Source: Octopus vulgaris (Eukaryota). Taken from it: a DNA stretch of 64,000 bases. The DNA lies in contig OX597834.1 of NCBI GenBank assembly GCA_951406725.2, positions 31,434,001 through 31,498,000 on the forward strand. Reading direction: 5' to 3'. The notes below the pieces were generated by a model. The model was given only the letters and a program-made list of their open reading frames with translations, did no database searches and was not told where the DNA came from. Numbering within the stretch: the first letter of the stretch is position 1; every line of letters begins with the position of its first letter. Shown here piece by piece: positions 13,069-27,893 of the stretch. A program made the translations under genes and the position numbers.

Positions 13069-14089
13069 TAGCATATACCATATATTTGGAAAAATTTGAT
13101 TTATGCTATAGTTATTGAGATATTTTTAGATATTTTAAATATATCACATTCAGAGATAATTTTTATGCCACCACATTTATATAAATATAATTTTCATTTT
13201 TTATTCTGTATCCTAATATATTATTGTTATATGTTCACTCTTTCACTCTGGCATGCAGCAGACTTTTATGGCTGGGTGCCTTTCTTATCATCAACTCTTT
13301 TAGTTGGTTCTTATGAGAAATGTGTGTGTGGTGTACCTGTTTTTAAGTCATGGTACACAGGTAGAGATCGTGTATTATAAAAGTCAATGGTGTGAAAAAG
13401 TAGGGAAATACACAATAAATTGTCCAAAAAATATATAAACCCCAAAAATGGGTTTATATGGTAAAGTCCAAATGGGCTATATATATGTGGAATTGTTTGG
13501 CAGCACATAAGGAACTTAGAAATATGCTTGCAAAAACCTAGCAACTCCGTCTTGTGGTTCGATGGAAAAGAATGAAATATTTTCTGCTTAAACATAATGG
13601 ATGTCTAACTGAATCCTGGTATGATCCATGCCTGTATGGGCTGGTCTTCTTCAATATGGACCTATATATTTTAAATGGGGCAGAAAAATTTTATTTAAAT
13701 TGTCGTCACCTTTTTTTCAGAGATAATTCATATACCCTCAGATTTGCTCAGATCATTTTATTTCAATACCTTAATATCATTGTTATATGTTCATGTGTCC
13801 AAAATGGTGTGATGCTGTGTTTAACAGGTAGATGTCATTCTTGTCATCAATCCTTCAACTTGCTTCTTAAGACAGGTGTGGGGTATGTATTTTAATGTTG
13901 GTGTATGTAAGGAAATTCAGTTTCAGTCCCACCGCACAGCACCTTGGGCAAGTGTCTTCTACTACCACTCTCAGGCTGACCAATGCCTTATGAGGGACTC
14001 TACTACCATGACACTCCCCAAAATAGTTGGTGGAAAAGACAGTAGGATGAATAAAAGGGTAAAGTTATTATCTCGACTCATAAGGTCCA

Positions 14090-14320
14090 ACCCATAAGGG
14101 CCAGTTTCCTGGTTTCATGGCATATATATAACCCCCACCTGGACAGGACACCAGTCCATCACACAGCATTACTCACTATTAACAGCTGAGTGGACTGGAG
14201 CAATGTGAAATGAAGTATCTTGCTCAAGAACACAATGTGTTGCCCAGGTCCAGGAATTGAAACCACAACCTTACGATCATGAGCCCAGCACTCTAACCAC
14301 AAAGCAACATGCTTGCACTG
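14090..14320 (-). mobile_element. tRNA-derived SINE, family C
   Basis: Reverse strand reads gtggttagagtgctgggctc...ggtttcaattcc...gtgttcttgagcaagatacttcatttcac. Related copies at ~24840-24960, 46830-46970 and 60085-60392. Confidence 0.75.
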
Positions 14321-14936
14321 AAAGGATGGGTACTTAGTAATAGATATCTTTCTTTTGAAAATTGGTACTCACTCCATTTATAACCACACACCACCATCAT
14401 GTATGTGTGCACGCATGCATATGTGTGTGAGCACTCAAAAATTTCATTCAGCCATGGATATGGATGGTGGTGTGATCATTTGTGGTTGGGCTGCAACCAG
14501 TAAAATTTGATGACATTTCCTGTCAAGAAATCGTCCGCTGGCTCTGTGCTTTCAAATTCCTCTGGAATTAAAAATTCCTGACTTGAAAATTAGGTAAGGA
14601 AGTGCATCTGGCCATAAAGCCCCTGCCTCAAATTTATTTTCATCTAAGTTATACTAGTATGGAAAAACAAATGTTAAATGAAAAGAAAGGACAAACAATC
14701 TTTGTACGTATGTATGTATGTATGTATGTATGTATGTATGTATGTATGTATGTATGTACATATGTACGTACGTATGTATGTATGTATGTATGTATGTTTG
14801 TATGTATGTATGTATGTATGTGTATTTGTCTATATATATATATATATGCAGCATTATTAATAAAACATATAACTCTATCTCCGGTATTCGAGTACCATTT
14901 TTTCCTACCTTGTTTCACAGTTATGTGCTTACTCTG

Positions 14937-14969
<33 letters not shown>

Positions 14970-15047
14970 TATATACATACATATATATATATATATGTAT
15001 ATATATATGTATGTGTATATGTATGTATATATATATATATTTATATT

Positions 15048-15090
<43 letters not shown>

Positions 15091-16470
15091 TATATGATAC
15101 ATATATATGATATATATATATATATATATACTATATTATATTATATTATATTATATGTATATTATATTATATTATATTATATTATGTTATATTGTATGGT
15201 CAGTGCGTTCAGCACTAAGTTAAGCTAACGTGACAGGCTTGGGTAAGAATTTGTCTGTTTGGCACTTCGGCACCACATAATTGACAATTCAATTCTTGGA
15301 AGTCTGCCACATAAAGACAGTATGGTGGTGATGGCAGTGGTGGTGATGGTGGTAATATTTCTAGTGTGTGCATGTATGTGTGTGTTTTTGTGTGTATGTG
15401 TGTGCAATCATTACAAGAAGGATTTTTCTTTAAGTTCCCCGAAGATGCAATATCAATCATTAGAATTTGTACTGATTGTTCTTCTTGTTGCTAATGGTGC
15501 TTAGCCCCAGGTCAGCTTTGATGACACAGACTTATGACTGAAAGGTGTTCCAGTCATGATCATCATGTTTTATTTTTTTCCATCAATAGCAGGCCTGGGA
15601 CTATAATTATTCTAAATATTTCCTTCCTTTTTTTTTTATATATTATTTACAGTCGTATAGTTCTGGTTTGAAGAAGATTATTTCTTGTTCTGATCCTTAT
15701 TGCTTTTGTTCCATATTCCACCCATGACCACCCCACCGTTTTGATGATCTTGGACAGCATTTGTCCAAGCATTCTCATCATTGTTGTCAACATCATCATC
15801 ATGGTCATCATCACTGTTGTTATTGTCCTTGTCATCATAGTCATCATCATCATCGTTGTTATCATCATCATCATCATCATCATCACCCTATCATCCTCCT
15901 CCTGCTCCTCTTCCTAATCCTCCTCCTCCTCATTCTCATCATCATTAAGAATGTTATATTGTAGAAAATTTGAGGAAATGCTTTTATTCTATCTGAAGTT
16001 CAATATTTTATGTTATCCTAAACAACATCTTTTAAAGTACAAGTTAAATTTATTTAGGCCCATTACAAATAGTTTAATTCTTGTTCAACATCTTAACCAA
16101 AGTAAATTGATATCTCATCTACATACTTTGATCTTACCATGGGGCCCCTTAACCGTGGAGGCTTCCTGTAACCACAGGGGTAGCAGGGGTCTAGAGACAG
16201 CCCTGGGTCATCCTGTATCAGAAGGACTACATCTGTATCGTCTGTCCCCTTTTTTTTTCTCTTTTACTAACCTTTGTATACCATGTATATTTCACTTACC
16301 TTTTCACTGTACACTGTGTATACATACCACCCACCTTTTTTATTTTATTTTATTCCTTTTATCATTTCATTACATGTAAACCCCTACATTTTATGTCTGT
16401 TTTGCATTGTTCCCTGTCATCCTATGCTCTTGTAGCAAATAAATGAAATCACTATTATTATTATTATTAT

Positions 16471-16870
16471 AAGGTAGTGAGCTGGCAGAATCGTTAGCAT
16501 GCTGAACAAAATGCTTAGTGGTATTTCGCCCACTACTACATTCTGAGTGCAAATTCCGCTGAGGACAACTTTGCCATTCATCCTTTCGAAGTCAATAAAT
16601 TAAGTACCAGTTGCATACTGGGGTCAATTTAATTGACTGGCCCCCTCCCCCAAAATTTTATGCCTTGTGCCTAGAGTAGAAAAGAATTATGGTTTCAAAT
16701 TTTGGCACAAGGCCAGGAAATTTGGGGGTTTAAATTGATTACATTGACCCTGAAGGGATAAAAGGCAAAGTCAACTTTGGTAGAATTTGAACTCAGAACA
16801 TACAGATGGAGGAAATGCTGCTAAGCACTTTGCCTGGTGTGCTAACAGCTCTGCCAGCTTACCGCTTTGA
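16471..16870. mobile_element. Two family B SINEs in adjacent inverted (tail-to-tail) orientation
   Basis: Plus copy 16471-16690 followed by minus copy 16690-16870. Confidence 0.8.
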
Positions 16871-17763
16871 TAATAACAATAATAATAACAACAACAATAT
16901 CAATAATTATAAAGATAATGATTCTAAACAATGAAAAGATATTAGATAACAAAATAATCAAAAAATCATGTGAGATAATGAAATAACAGTAAATTAAGAT
17001 AATAAAAAAAAACAAAGAAAACAATGTGTTAATGAGATGACACTAAAACAACACCTTGGGCAAATGTCTTCTCTTGTAGCCTGAAGACATAGGGGAGAAT
17101 TTTGGTTGATGGAATCTGCAAAAAGATTCCCTTGTATATTTGTGTGTGTGTGTCCATGCATGCATGCGTGTGTGTGTGTTCTCTTCTCTTTTTAATCATT
17201 TAAATTCTTCCTCTGAAGAAGGAATTGGTTTCTAACAATGATACAAAGTTCCATTGATGGAATGTAGATAAAAAGAATCACGTTTTAAACTTGAGAAAAG
17301 TCTTGCACATTCTTACTGTTCCACTTTCAGATTGTATTTATAATGTGTGAGTTAGTCGGGTGATTTCCTTTTCTGAAAACCCTAGCTTATCCAGATTGCC
17401 ATTTAAACATTTACGAGCAAAAACCAAGATCACCAATTATTATTGGTACAAATCTGAATTTATTATCTGGTTGTAGAAACTGGGGGTTTTGAAGCAGTTG
17501 TCCATAGTTATCCTATTTTTCTTTGATTTTCAATGAGATATTCACATCAGCTGAACAGCTGACCACTATAATGGGGCATACTTTTCGTTGTCTGTCCAAA
17601 ATGACAATATGTAGCCTGATGTATATCTGTGTGCATGTATGTGTGTACATATATACAATTATATGCATATATATGTGTGTGTGTGTGTGTACATACATAT
17701 AAACACATACATACATACATACATACATACATACATACATACATACATACATACAGACATACA

Positions 17764-17796
<33 letters not shown>

Positions 17797-17798
<2 letters not shown>

Positions 17799-18079
17799 CT
17801 GATTGGCTCCTATGCCAGTGGCACAAAAAAAGCACTATCCAAAGGTGATCAATGCCAGGCCTGCCTGACTGGTTCCTGTGCTGGTGGCACATAAATGGGA
17901 CCCACTGCACTCTTGGAGTGGTTGGCATTAGAAAGGGCATCCAGCAGTAGAAACATTGCCAGATCAGATTGGAGCCTGGTGAAGCCACTGGCTTTCCAGA
18001 GCTCAGTCAAACTGACCATCCCATGCCAGCATGGAAAACGAACGTTAAACAAGGACGATAATGATGATGATGATGATGA

Positions 18080-18080
<1 letters not shown>
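17797..18080 (+). mobile_element. (GAT)n-tailed SINE 3' part
   Basis: gaaagggcatccagcagtagaaac...ccatgccagcatggaaaacgaacgttaaac followed by (gat)n. Confidence 0.75.
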
Positions 18081-18157
<77 letters not shown>

Positions 18158-18302
18158 TAAAAAATTGCACAGAAGAATCACATAGGAACAATTTCATGCC
18201 ATTATAAATGTCTGTTTCTCTCTCTTTCTCTCCCAATATATATATATATGCATGCATATATATGTATATATACATGCATATATATGCATGTATAAATGCA
18301 TA

Positions 18303-18359
<57 letters not shown>

Positions 18360-18364
18360 GCATA

Positions 18365-18403
<39 letters not shown>

Positions 18404-20057
18404 ACATATATCAAAACGAATTATTAAATAGCAAAATAATATAGATTACCACACTATAAAACAAAAACAAAAGAAAACAACATACATAAACAAAACACAA
18501 TACAAAGTCATCTAAGAAAACCATAAAAATTAAGAATTATCTCAATTGACATCAATTCTTTTTTTTTTTAGTTGGGAGGGGTTGTTATTTTTCGCTGAAA
18601 TTATGGGCTGCCAATAATTATGGGATGTTAATAATAATTTCATCTCTAGATATCCCCTAAACATATACAGACTCTATGTATTCTTTATGCTACCACAGTC
18701 CTCCTCCTCCTCCTCCTCTTCTACCTTTTTCTTTCTTTTTGTCTTTTTTGGCCTTTGGATATCATCATGGCTTTTAATCTCACCACCGCAGCCGCCGCCA
18801 CGGTCATCGCCGTCGCCACCACCTCTGCTGCATCAACTACAAAGAGCGCTGTCGTTAATCTACTCCTCCCACCACTGTTCTTCTGTTGCTCACATTGTGT
18901 TTTCTCCTCCTACTACTGCTCACTTACTGCTGCTTACACTTTCATACTTCTTATCAATGCTCGCTCTTTCTCTCTCTCTCTCTATGCCTCTCTCCTCGTC
19001 TCTCTTTCTGTCTCTCTTTTTCTCTGTCGCTGCTGCTCACATTCTGCCAATTCCTCTAATTGAAATATTGTCAATAGAAACTGTGTGGAAGCCTGTCAGG
19101 TGTGTGCGTTAGTGTATATTTGTATGTGCATATATCTATACAGACATATATATACCATCAGCGGCATCACATACACTTGCACACGCACGCACACACACAT
19201 CATCATCATCATTATCTGTCTATCTATAAATCCATCCATCTATGTAGCAATCTATCTATTTATCCATCCATCCAACCATTTACCTGTCTGTCTGTCTGAC
19301 TGTCTATACACATACACACATATATGTATCAGTGAGTATAGTGTGTGTATGTGTGTGTGCGTGTGTGCACACATGTGCATGTGTGTGTGCATGCATGTGT
19401 ATGTGTGCATGTGTGTGCATGTGTGTGTGTGTGTGAGTGTGTGTGCATGTGTGTGTGTGTGTGTGTGTACGTGTGTGTGTGTATGTGAGTAATTGTGTGT
19501 GTGTGTGCATGTGTGTGTGTTGAAAATAAACAGAAAAAAGGATTATAATTTCTCTGGAGAGCAGGAAATTAGGTCCCAGTGATGTATTCTGATTCATTGA
19601 GTGTCTTCTGCCCCTAAAATGTCTGCAGCTGTGTGGAAAATAAAGTTAAAGCATCAGGCTAAAACCTTGAGGTACTTTGTTGTGACTCTTCACATTTTGA
19701 GTTCAAATCCTGCTGAGGTTAACTGTATCTTTTTTCCTTTCAAGTACCAGTTAACTACTGGGGTCGATTCTGTCAACTAATTCTTCCCACAATATTGCAA
19801 GCCATGTATCTATAGTAGAAAGAATTATTTTTCTTGTTGTGGTGTTGGTGTTGGTGGTGGAGCAAAGGTGGAGCCATTAGAACATTAGGAAAAAAAGAAA
19901 AAAGAAAGTCTTTTTGTGTTATCCTCCCACCACCAGCTTTTTACACTCTTAAAAATCCACAGTGGTCACCTTTGCCCTTCATCTGTTCAGGGTTGATAAA
20001 ATAGTGCTACAAGTGTTGCATGTTGATGGTACCAACCTGCCTTTCCTTGAAGATTAA

Positions 20058-20276
20058 CCCTTTCGTTACAGTATCTATTTTGAGATGCTTTGTGTTTCTT
20101 TCAATCACTTTAAATATAACAAAGAATTTAGTAAAATGACTTGATTATCATTAAGTTAGTGTTAGGAACATAAATTGTGGCTAAGGTTTGGTGGAAGATT
20201 TTATTCAGAATGTATGAAAACAAGACATTTATACTCAGAGTCAGAGCCGGTTTCAGCCGGGTTGGTAACGAAAGGG
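20058..20276. mobile_element. piggyBac-type MITE
   Basis: TTAA|ccctttcgttac ... gtaacgaaaggg|TTAA. Confidence 0.9.
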
Positions 20277-20771
20277 TTAAGGACCCTGTGCCTATGATAG
20301 ACAAGAAATTATTTAAAACATTATCATTTGTAAGGCAAAGGCAGTGAACTGGTAGAATTGTAAGAAATGCATCATAAAAAACGGTCAGCAGTATTTCTTT
20401 CAGTTTTATGTCCTGAGTTCAAATGTCACCAAGTTTGACTTTACTATTTATCCTTTTGGGGCTGATAAAAAAAATAAGGACCACTTGAACACTGGGGTTG
20501 ATTTAATTGACCAGTCTCCCTCCCTCGCAATACCTGGCCTTTTACCTGTAGTAGAAAGGATTATTTGTAAGGCAATGAGCTGGCAGAATTGTTTGAATGT
20601 CAACAAAATGCTTCACAACATTTCTTTCTGGTTTTTCTCTTCTCAGTCTGAATATTGTCAACTTTGCCTTTTGTTTTTACAAAGTTGATAAAAAAAAGTA
20701 CTCGTATTGGGGTCAATGTAATCAACTTGTCCTGCCCCTAAAACTTCAGACCCGGAACCAAAATTAGAAAG

Positions 20772-20805
<34 letters not shown>

Positions 20806-20949
20806 GAAACTGTGTGGGTTCAAATGCTACCAAGGTATACTTTGCCTTTCATCCTTTCAGAGTCAACAAAATAAGTACCAGCTGAGTAAATGGGGTCAAT
20901 GTAACCAAATTGCCTCCACCCCTAAAATTTCCGGCCTTGTGCAGACATG

Positions 20950-21374
20950 ATTATTATTATTATATGTTTGACTTTTGCTTTGTATTCATACAAGTTGACT
21001 CCAAGTCTCACCCAGAGACCTCAAGAGACAACAAGTTAGAAGTTCATGTTGGTGTTATGCCTAGGGTGTCATATATTTGGTTTTGTACATAGTTTTGTTC
21101 AAGAGAATGTTTATGAAAACTGAAGAAAATTATGAGTTTGTTTTAAAATTTGGGATTGCATAGACAGTATTTTACGTAGGATATGGGCAGTTTCCATGAG
21201 CACTATCTTTTGAATTTCTGCTGTTTTGGGGTTTCCTGGTATCTGATCTAGATAGCAATCAGCCCCTTTTGCTATCATTCCTAGGGCACCTATGACAACA
21301 GGTATTGTTTTAGTCTTCAGGTTCTACATTTTGCTAATTTCTATTTCAAGATCTTTATATTTGCTCAGTTTTTG
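20950..21374 (-). pseudogene. 5'-truncated R4/Dong-clade non-LTR retrotransposon: C-terminal REL endonuclease region, 3' UTR and (TAA)n
   Basis: Minus-strand translation QKLSKYKDLEIEISKM*NLKTKTIPVVIGALGMIAKGADCYLDQIPGNPKTAEIQKIVLMETAHILRKILS. Confidence 0.8.
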
Positions 21375-21541
21375 GTCGGACTTCATCCGTCGCTACCTTC
21401 TGTGTTCAAATTCCACCAAGGTCACCTTTGCCTTTCATCTTCTCAGGGTCGATAAAATAAGTACCAGTTGCATACTAGAATCTCTGTAATCAACTAGTCC
21501 TCTCTCCACAAATTTGAAGCCTTGTGCCATCAGTAGAAAGG

Positions 21542-21598
<57 letters not shown>

Positions 21599-21846
21599 TG
21601 AAGTAGTAAAGCAGTGAGCTGGCAAAATTGTTAGTATGCTGGGCAGAACGCTTGTTGGAATTTCATCTGTCTTTATGCCCTGAGTTCAAATTCTGCTGAG
21701 GACCCCATCGCCTTTTCATCCTTTCAGGATTGATAAAATAAGTACTAGTTGGGGGGGGGGGGTAGATGTAATCAACTTATCCCCTCTCCTGAAATTGCTG
21801 GCCTTGTGCCAAAATTTAAAACTATTATTTGATGTAGTAGTAGTAA

Positions 21847-21901
<55 letters not shown>

Positions 21902-21904
21902 TGT

Positions 21905-21946
<42 letters not shown>

Positions 21947-21959
21947 GGTAGTGGCAGCA

Positions 21960-22036
<77 letters not shown>

Positions 22037-22229
22037 CATTAGTTGTAGATGACACTAGTGCAACATATGAGACTGGTGATCGAACGAAACGATTGAAACG
22101 AAACTCCAGCAATTTGTCTGCGAGGCACTATTTTTTTTCTTTTTTTTTTTTGTCTTCTTTTTTTCGTTTCCAGATCTGAGATCGAAGGGCATAGAGGAAA
22201 GCAGGAGATAAAGGAGAGCTTGATAAAGA

Positions 22230-22277
<48 letters not shown>

Positions 22278-22538
22278 GAGAAAGGAGGGGAGGATGAAAG
22301 AGAGGGAGAGAGAGAATGAGGAAGAGGAGGAGGAGGAGCAGAGAGGGTAGAATAGAGATAGGAGAGTAGATCAGAGATAGTGGTCTTTTTGCAGATCTTA
22401 ATTCTTTAAGTGCTTTCAGATTATTTTGTCTTTGATGTTTTAAGAAGCCAAGATTATTGTTGTTATTATTATTGCTGTTATTATTATCATCATCATTATT
22501 ATCATTATTGTTGTTGTTGTTGTCGTTATTATTATTAC

Positions 22539-22587
<49 letters not shown>

Positions 22588-23548
22588 GTGTTCTTTTTTA
22601 CTTGAAAGAATGGAAAAATTTATTTTGCGAAATCAAAACAATAGAATACACACGTACATACAAAACAGCATGTGCACACACATATACATACACATACAGG
22701 TATGCACACACACGCACACGCACGCAGACACACAGACACACAGACACACGCACCCAAACATATGCATGTGCACATACATAATACACATACAGATACACAC
22801 AGGCATGTGCACATATGCATACACATATACTCACAGGTACACACGCGCTCATGCACACATGCTGAAACACGCATGCATATATATATATACATGCACACAC
22901 ACACACAAATATATGCCCCTCCCTCTTCCACCCCCACAGAAAAAAACAACACAACGAAACAAGAAAGCGAAAAATGAAAAAAGAAAAGAAAAGAAAAGAA
23001 AAGAAAGAAAATCTGAAAGCAAAAATAAATCAATAGAGGAAAAAAAAAATGACAACAAAGAAAAACAAGCAAACAAATAAACAAAAGACAAACAATAAAT
23101 GGTTGAAGCAGTGATAAGAAGGAGAAAAGAAGAAGAAGAAGAAGAAGAAGAAGAAGAAGAGCAACAACAACAACAATAACAATGACATTTGTTAAGGAAA
23201 TTTTGTGCACTTTTATGTTGTTCAGATGCCAGGAAGAGATATTGAACTCTGTTCCTTGATTATGGAAACAATCCCTTGGTCTTTGTGGAAAAAGATTTAT
23301 GTTGTAGAATTTACGGGTGCAGGCGTGGCCATAGGTGCAGGTGTGGGTGTGTTCTGAGAAGTTTGCTTCCTAACTGCATGGTTCTGGATTCCGTCCAAAC
23401 TGCATGTTGGCATCTTGGACAAGCAAGTGTCTTCTGCTATAGTGTTGGGTTGAGCCAAGCCTTCAGAGTAGATTTGGTTGGCAGAAACTGAAACAAGTCC
23501 ACCATATAAATGTATATCAATATCTATAACTATCACTCTCTCTCTCTC

Positions 23549-23592
<44 letters not shown>

Positions 23593-23599
23593 CATATAT

Positions 23600-23795
23600 A
23601 TATACATGTTTGTGTGTGTGTGTTTGCTAATCCCACCAAATACTGTAAAGAAATGATTATCTCCCCTGTGTTGACTGTCTGTTAGAAAACAGTGTGTGTA
23701 TGTGTGTGTGACTCTGTGTGTGTGTGTGTGTGTGTGTGACTCTGTATGTGTGTGTGTGTAGATCTGTATAGACTAGCAAAATTTACTTCTGCCTG

Positions 23796-23847
<52 letters not shown>

Positions 23848-23945
23848 ATTCTCAGTGTGTGTGTGATTGTGTGTTTGCTAATCCCACCAAATACTATGAA
23901 GAAATGATTATCTCCCCTGCATTAACTGTCTGCTCGAAGACACCC
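23600..23945. repeat. Local duplication of a ~70-bp unit
   Basis: gtgtttgctaatcccaccaaatact...gaaatgattatctcccctg at about 23620 and 23871. Confidence 0.85.
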
Positions 23946-24276
23946 CTGTTATTACCTTTGGTTTTGCTGAAAAATTCTCTATTATTTGTTTCTTATTTGG
24001 GTACAAGGCCAAGGCCAAGGCCAGTAACTTTTGAAGGAATGGATTAATGACACCCTCCACCTCTGTACTTGCTTCATACTTCATTTTAAAACTCTTGAAG
24101 GGTGAGAGGTAATGTTTCGCTTAGCAAGATATGAACCGAGAACATAAGGAACCAGTACTGCAAGGCATTTTTTTCTCATGATTTAAGGATTCTGCCAATC
24201 TGCTACCCTTGGAAATTCTGAATGATGCTGCTGTTACTAATGATGATGATGATGATATATATATATATATATATAT

Positions 24277-24635
24277 GGGAGTGGCTGCGTGGTAAGTAGC
24301 TTGCTTACCAACCACATGGTTCTGGGTTCAGTCCCATTGTGTGGCACCTTGGGCAAGTGTCTTCTACTATAGCCTCAGGCTGACCAAAGCCTTGTGAGTG
24401 GATTTGGTAGACGGAAACTGAAAGAAGCCTGTATATATATTTATATGTATGTGTGTGTATGTTCGTGTGTCTGTGTTAGTCTTCCCAACATCGCTTGACA
24501 ACCAATGCTGGTGCCTTTACATCCCTGTAACTTAACCGATAGAATAAGGACTAGGCTTGCAAAGAATAAGTCCTGGGGTCGATTTGAGTGCCCCAGAATA
24601 ACTGCAGTCAAATGACTGAAACAAGTAAAAGAGTA
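24277..24635 (+). mobile_element. SINE family A (small internal deletions)
   Basis: High similarity to 621-1035. Confidence 0.85.
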
Positions 24636-24661
<26 letters not shown>

Positions 24662-24668
<7 letters not shown>

Positions 24669-24960
24669 TCTGTTTGGTTACAACAATGTGGGTTCCAGTT
24701 GACTTGATCAAAGGAAAAGCCTGCTTGGAAATTAGCATACAAGTGGCCGAGAGCTTCTAAGACACATGTATCCATAACGTAATTCCCTGGAAGATTCAGC
24801 GTGACACAGCATATGACATGGCTGGCTCTTTTGAAATGCAGGTACAACCACTCATTTTAACAAGTTGAGTGAACTGGAGCAACATGAAATAAAGTGTCTT
24901 GCTTAAGAACATAGCATGAATCAAACTCATGGCACCCTAACCACCAAGCCATGTGCCTTC
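24662..24960 (-). mobile_element. Degenerate SINE sharing its 3' half with the 36694-37078 element
   Basis: Reverse complement resembles tgtgtcatgctgaatatcccgagaagtacgttaagggtacacgtgtc. Confidence 0.7.
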
Positions 24961-24979
24961 ACATATGTGTGTGTGTGTA

Positions 24980-25016
<37 letters not shown>

Positions 25017-25154
25017 GTGTATGCATGTGTGTAATATATATATAAACAGACACACGCACACACACACACACATGTATATATATACACATACACATACATA
25101 CATGCATATATATGCACATATATATATATAAATAAGGATTCAGGTTTACAATTT

Positions 25155-25219
<65 letters not shown>

Positions 25220-25681
25220 GTATATGTATATACATGCATACATTCATACATACATACATACATACATACATACATGCATACATATATATATACACACACA
25301 TATAAATTCGGATTTACTATTTTACGTACACACACACACACACACACACACATGCATACATATTGCCATGCATAACTTAGACCTATAACATACATCAGAA
25401 AATCAAATTACATAGCAACAGTGCAAACTGGGAGATCTTCATCCCTGCTGTCTTATTCGGGCGGAAGAACGCAGGGTTTAGGAATGGTGATTGGGGGGTG
25501 GGTCGGGGGTGTTTGATTGGCAATGTGTGATGATGGTGGGAGGGTAGAGGACGGGGGTGGAAGAGCTGTTGTTTCTGTCTCTTCCTCAGGCTGGCAAACA
25601 AAACAAACACACACCGAAGCATACACAAATAAACAACACAGAATTAAATAATAAATGAATGTGTGTATATATATATATGCA

Positions 25682-25750
<69 letters not shown>

Positions 25751-25879
25751 GTATATATATGTATATATATATATTTATATTTTTATTTAAAAAAATTTTT
25801 TTTTTATCTCATACTAATTACCAGAGGCAATTAAGTTATGTGCATTACTAATCAAAGACTGAAAGAAAAGAAAATTAAT

Positions 25880-26680
25880 AAATAAAGAACAACTAAAAAA
25901 CAATAAAACAACAACAACAACACCTGCAGCAACAACAACAACAGGAAGGACAACAACAATAACAGCAAAAATATCAACATCAACAACAACAATTGCAATA
26001 GCATTAACAACAGCAAAAACAGCAGTAGCAGCATTATAAGCGATAGTAAGAACAACAACAACAGCAGCAGCTGCAACAGCATCAGCATCACTACCATCAA
26101 CAACAACAACAGCAATAACAACAACGACAATGACAATATTAACCACAACATCAGCAGTAACATCAACATCACCACCACCACCAACAACAACATGACAACA
26201 ACAAAAGTAACAACAATAACAATATTAACAACAACAACAACAACAACAACAACAGCAACTACAATAACAATATTAACAACAACAACAATAACAATATTAA
26301 CAACAACAACAACAACAATAACAATATTAACAACAACAACAACAATAACAATATTAACAACAACAACAACATCAATATCACCACTGCCATCACCACCACC
26401 ACCAACAACAACAACAGCAGTAGCAACATTATAAACAAGGATAGTAACAACAACAACAACAACAGCATCATCAAAATCACCACCACTACCACCATCACCA
26501 CCACCAACAACAACAAAATCAACAACAACAGCAGCAGCAACAACAATAACAATATTGACAACCACAACAACAATAACAGCAGCAACATCAACATCCCCAC
26601 CCCTACCACCACCACCACCACCACCAAAAACAACAACAACAACAGCAACATTAAGAATGACAACAACAATAAGAAAAAAG
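25880..26680. repeat. (CAA/CAG/CAC)n degenerate trinucleotide tract
   Basis: Direct inspection. Confidence 0.9.
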
Positions 26681-27290
26681 AATTGGTTAAATGAAATAAA
26701 ATGTGCACCAAACGGCAAACTGCGAACACCTGCTCACAGCATCTGTTGAAGATTTTTCTCTTCTGGTAAACATGTCTGATTTTTGGAAAAATAGTCCTCA
26801 CTGAATAATAATGATATTATTGTTGTTGTTGTCGTTATTATTGTTGTTGTTGTCATTCCTTTAGCAGCAAACCTTTCGTTAAAGAAGAAAAATAAAAAAA
26901 AAACGGTAGGAGGGAAGCAAGAAAAAAAAAACTAGCAAAAAAAAAACTATGGAAAAATCTGGAAAAAAATACTGGAAATGGGAAATGGAGAGAAAGAGAA
27001 AAAGAGAGAGAGAGAGAGAGTGGTGGAGAGAGAGAGAGAGAGAGTGGTGGAGAGGGATGGTGAGGTGGGGGGGAACATGGTAGAGAAGGAAAAAAAAAAC
27101 AGAGCAATAACAGGAAAAAGGAAACAAAATCGAAAGAAAACAAAAACAAAACGTAACAAAAATAAGTAAATCTAATCATTTGAAATTCCCCTCCACCCCA
27201 CCCTTCCCTCCTTCCGTTCCTACCACCTCTTTCCTCACTCCCTTTGGAATATCCTTGTTATCATCATCATCATCATCATCATCAATATCA

Positions 27291-27326
<36 letters not shown>

Positions 27327-27845
27327 CTACTACTATTGTTATTTTTATTTTTCCTTCAGATTTAAATTGTTGTTATTATTGTTGTTGTTGTTGTTGTTGT
27401 TATAAAGTTGCTGCCGTTGCAGTTGTTGTCATTCTTGATAATTTTGATTTTAGTGAAATAGCTGCTGCTGCCGCTGCAGTTGTTGTTGTTGCTGCTGCAT
27501 TTGGTTTTGTTATTGTCATTATTTCTGATGTAAAGCATTATTGTTGCTGTTCCCATTGTTGTTATTGTTGTTGTTGTTGTTGGTGTCCTAGCAGTTATTC
27601 CTGTTTTCACAGCTGTTGTTGTTGTTGATGATAATGCTCTGGTCAGCCTTGTTGCTGTTGTGATGAAGATTGTATTAAATTTTCTCTCTAGTTGTTATTA
27701 TTGTTATTACAATATCTAGTGTGCGTTTTTGATATCTTACTGGTCTTTTTATCTTTATTGTAATTCTTTAGCTCTTGGTCAACTACATTCTGGTAGACCT
27801 AGCATCAATGGTATGCCCAGCAATGATCTTCTTCTTCCATCCGGA

Positions 27846-27893
<48 letters not shown>

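Larger units (their letters stand above)
19650..21830 (+). mobile_element. Head-to-tail cluster of about 7 family B SINEs with nested insertions
   Basis: Repeated gagttcaaat / tttgcctttcatcc / aagtaccag / gtagaaaggattatt blocks separated by (ATT)n. Confidence 0.75.

Noticed and set aside
14452-14593. Plus-strand exon candidate ending AG|GTAAGG
   Set aside because: Weak acceptor, in-frame stops and no supporting structure.
25822-25858. Minus-strand exon candidate (SLISNAHNLIAS)
   Set aside because: Good acceptor but weak donor, 37 nt, and the pyrimidine tract derives from low-complexity sequence.
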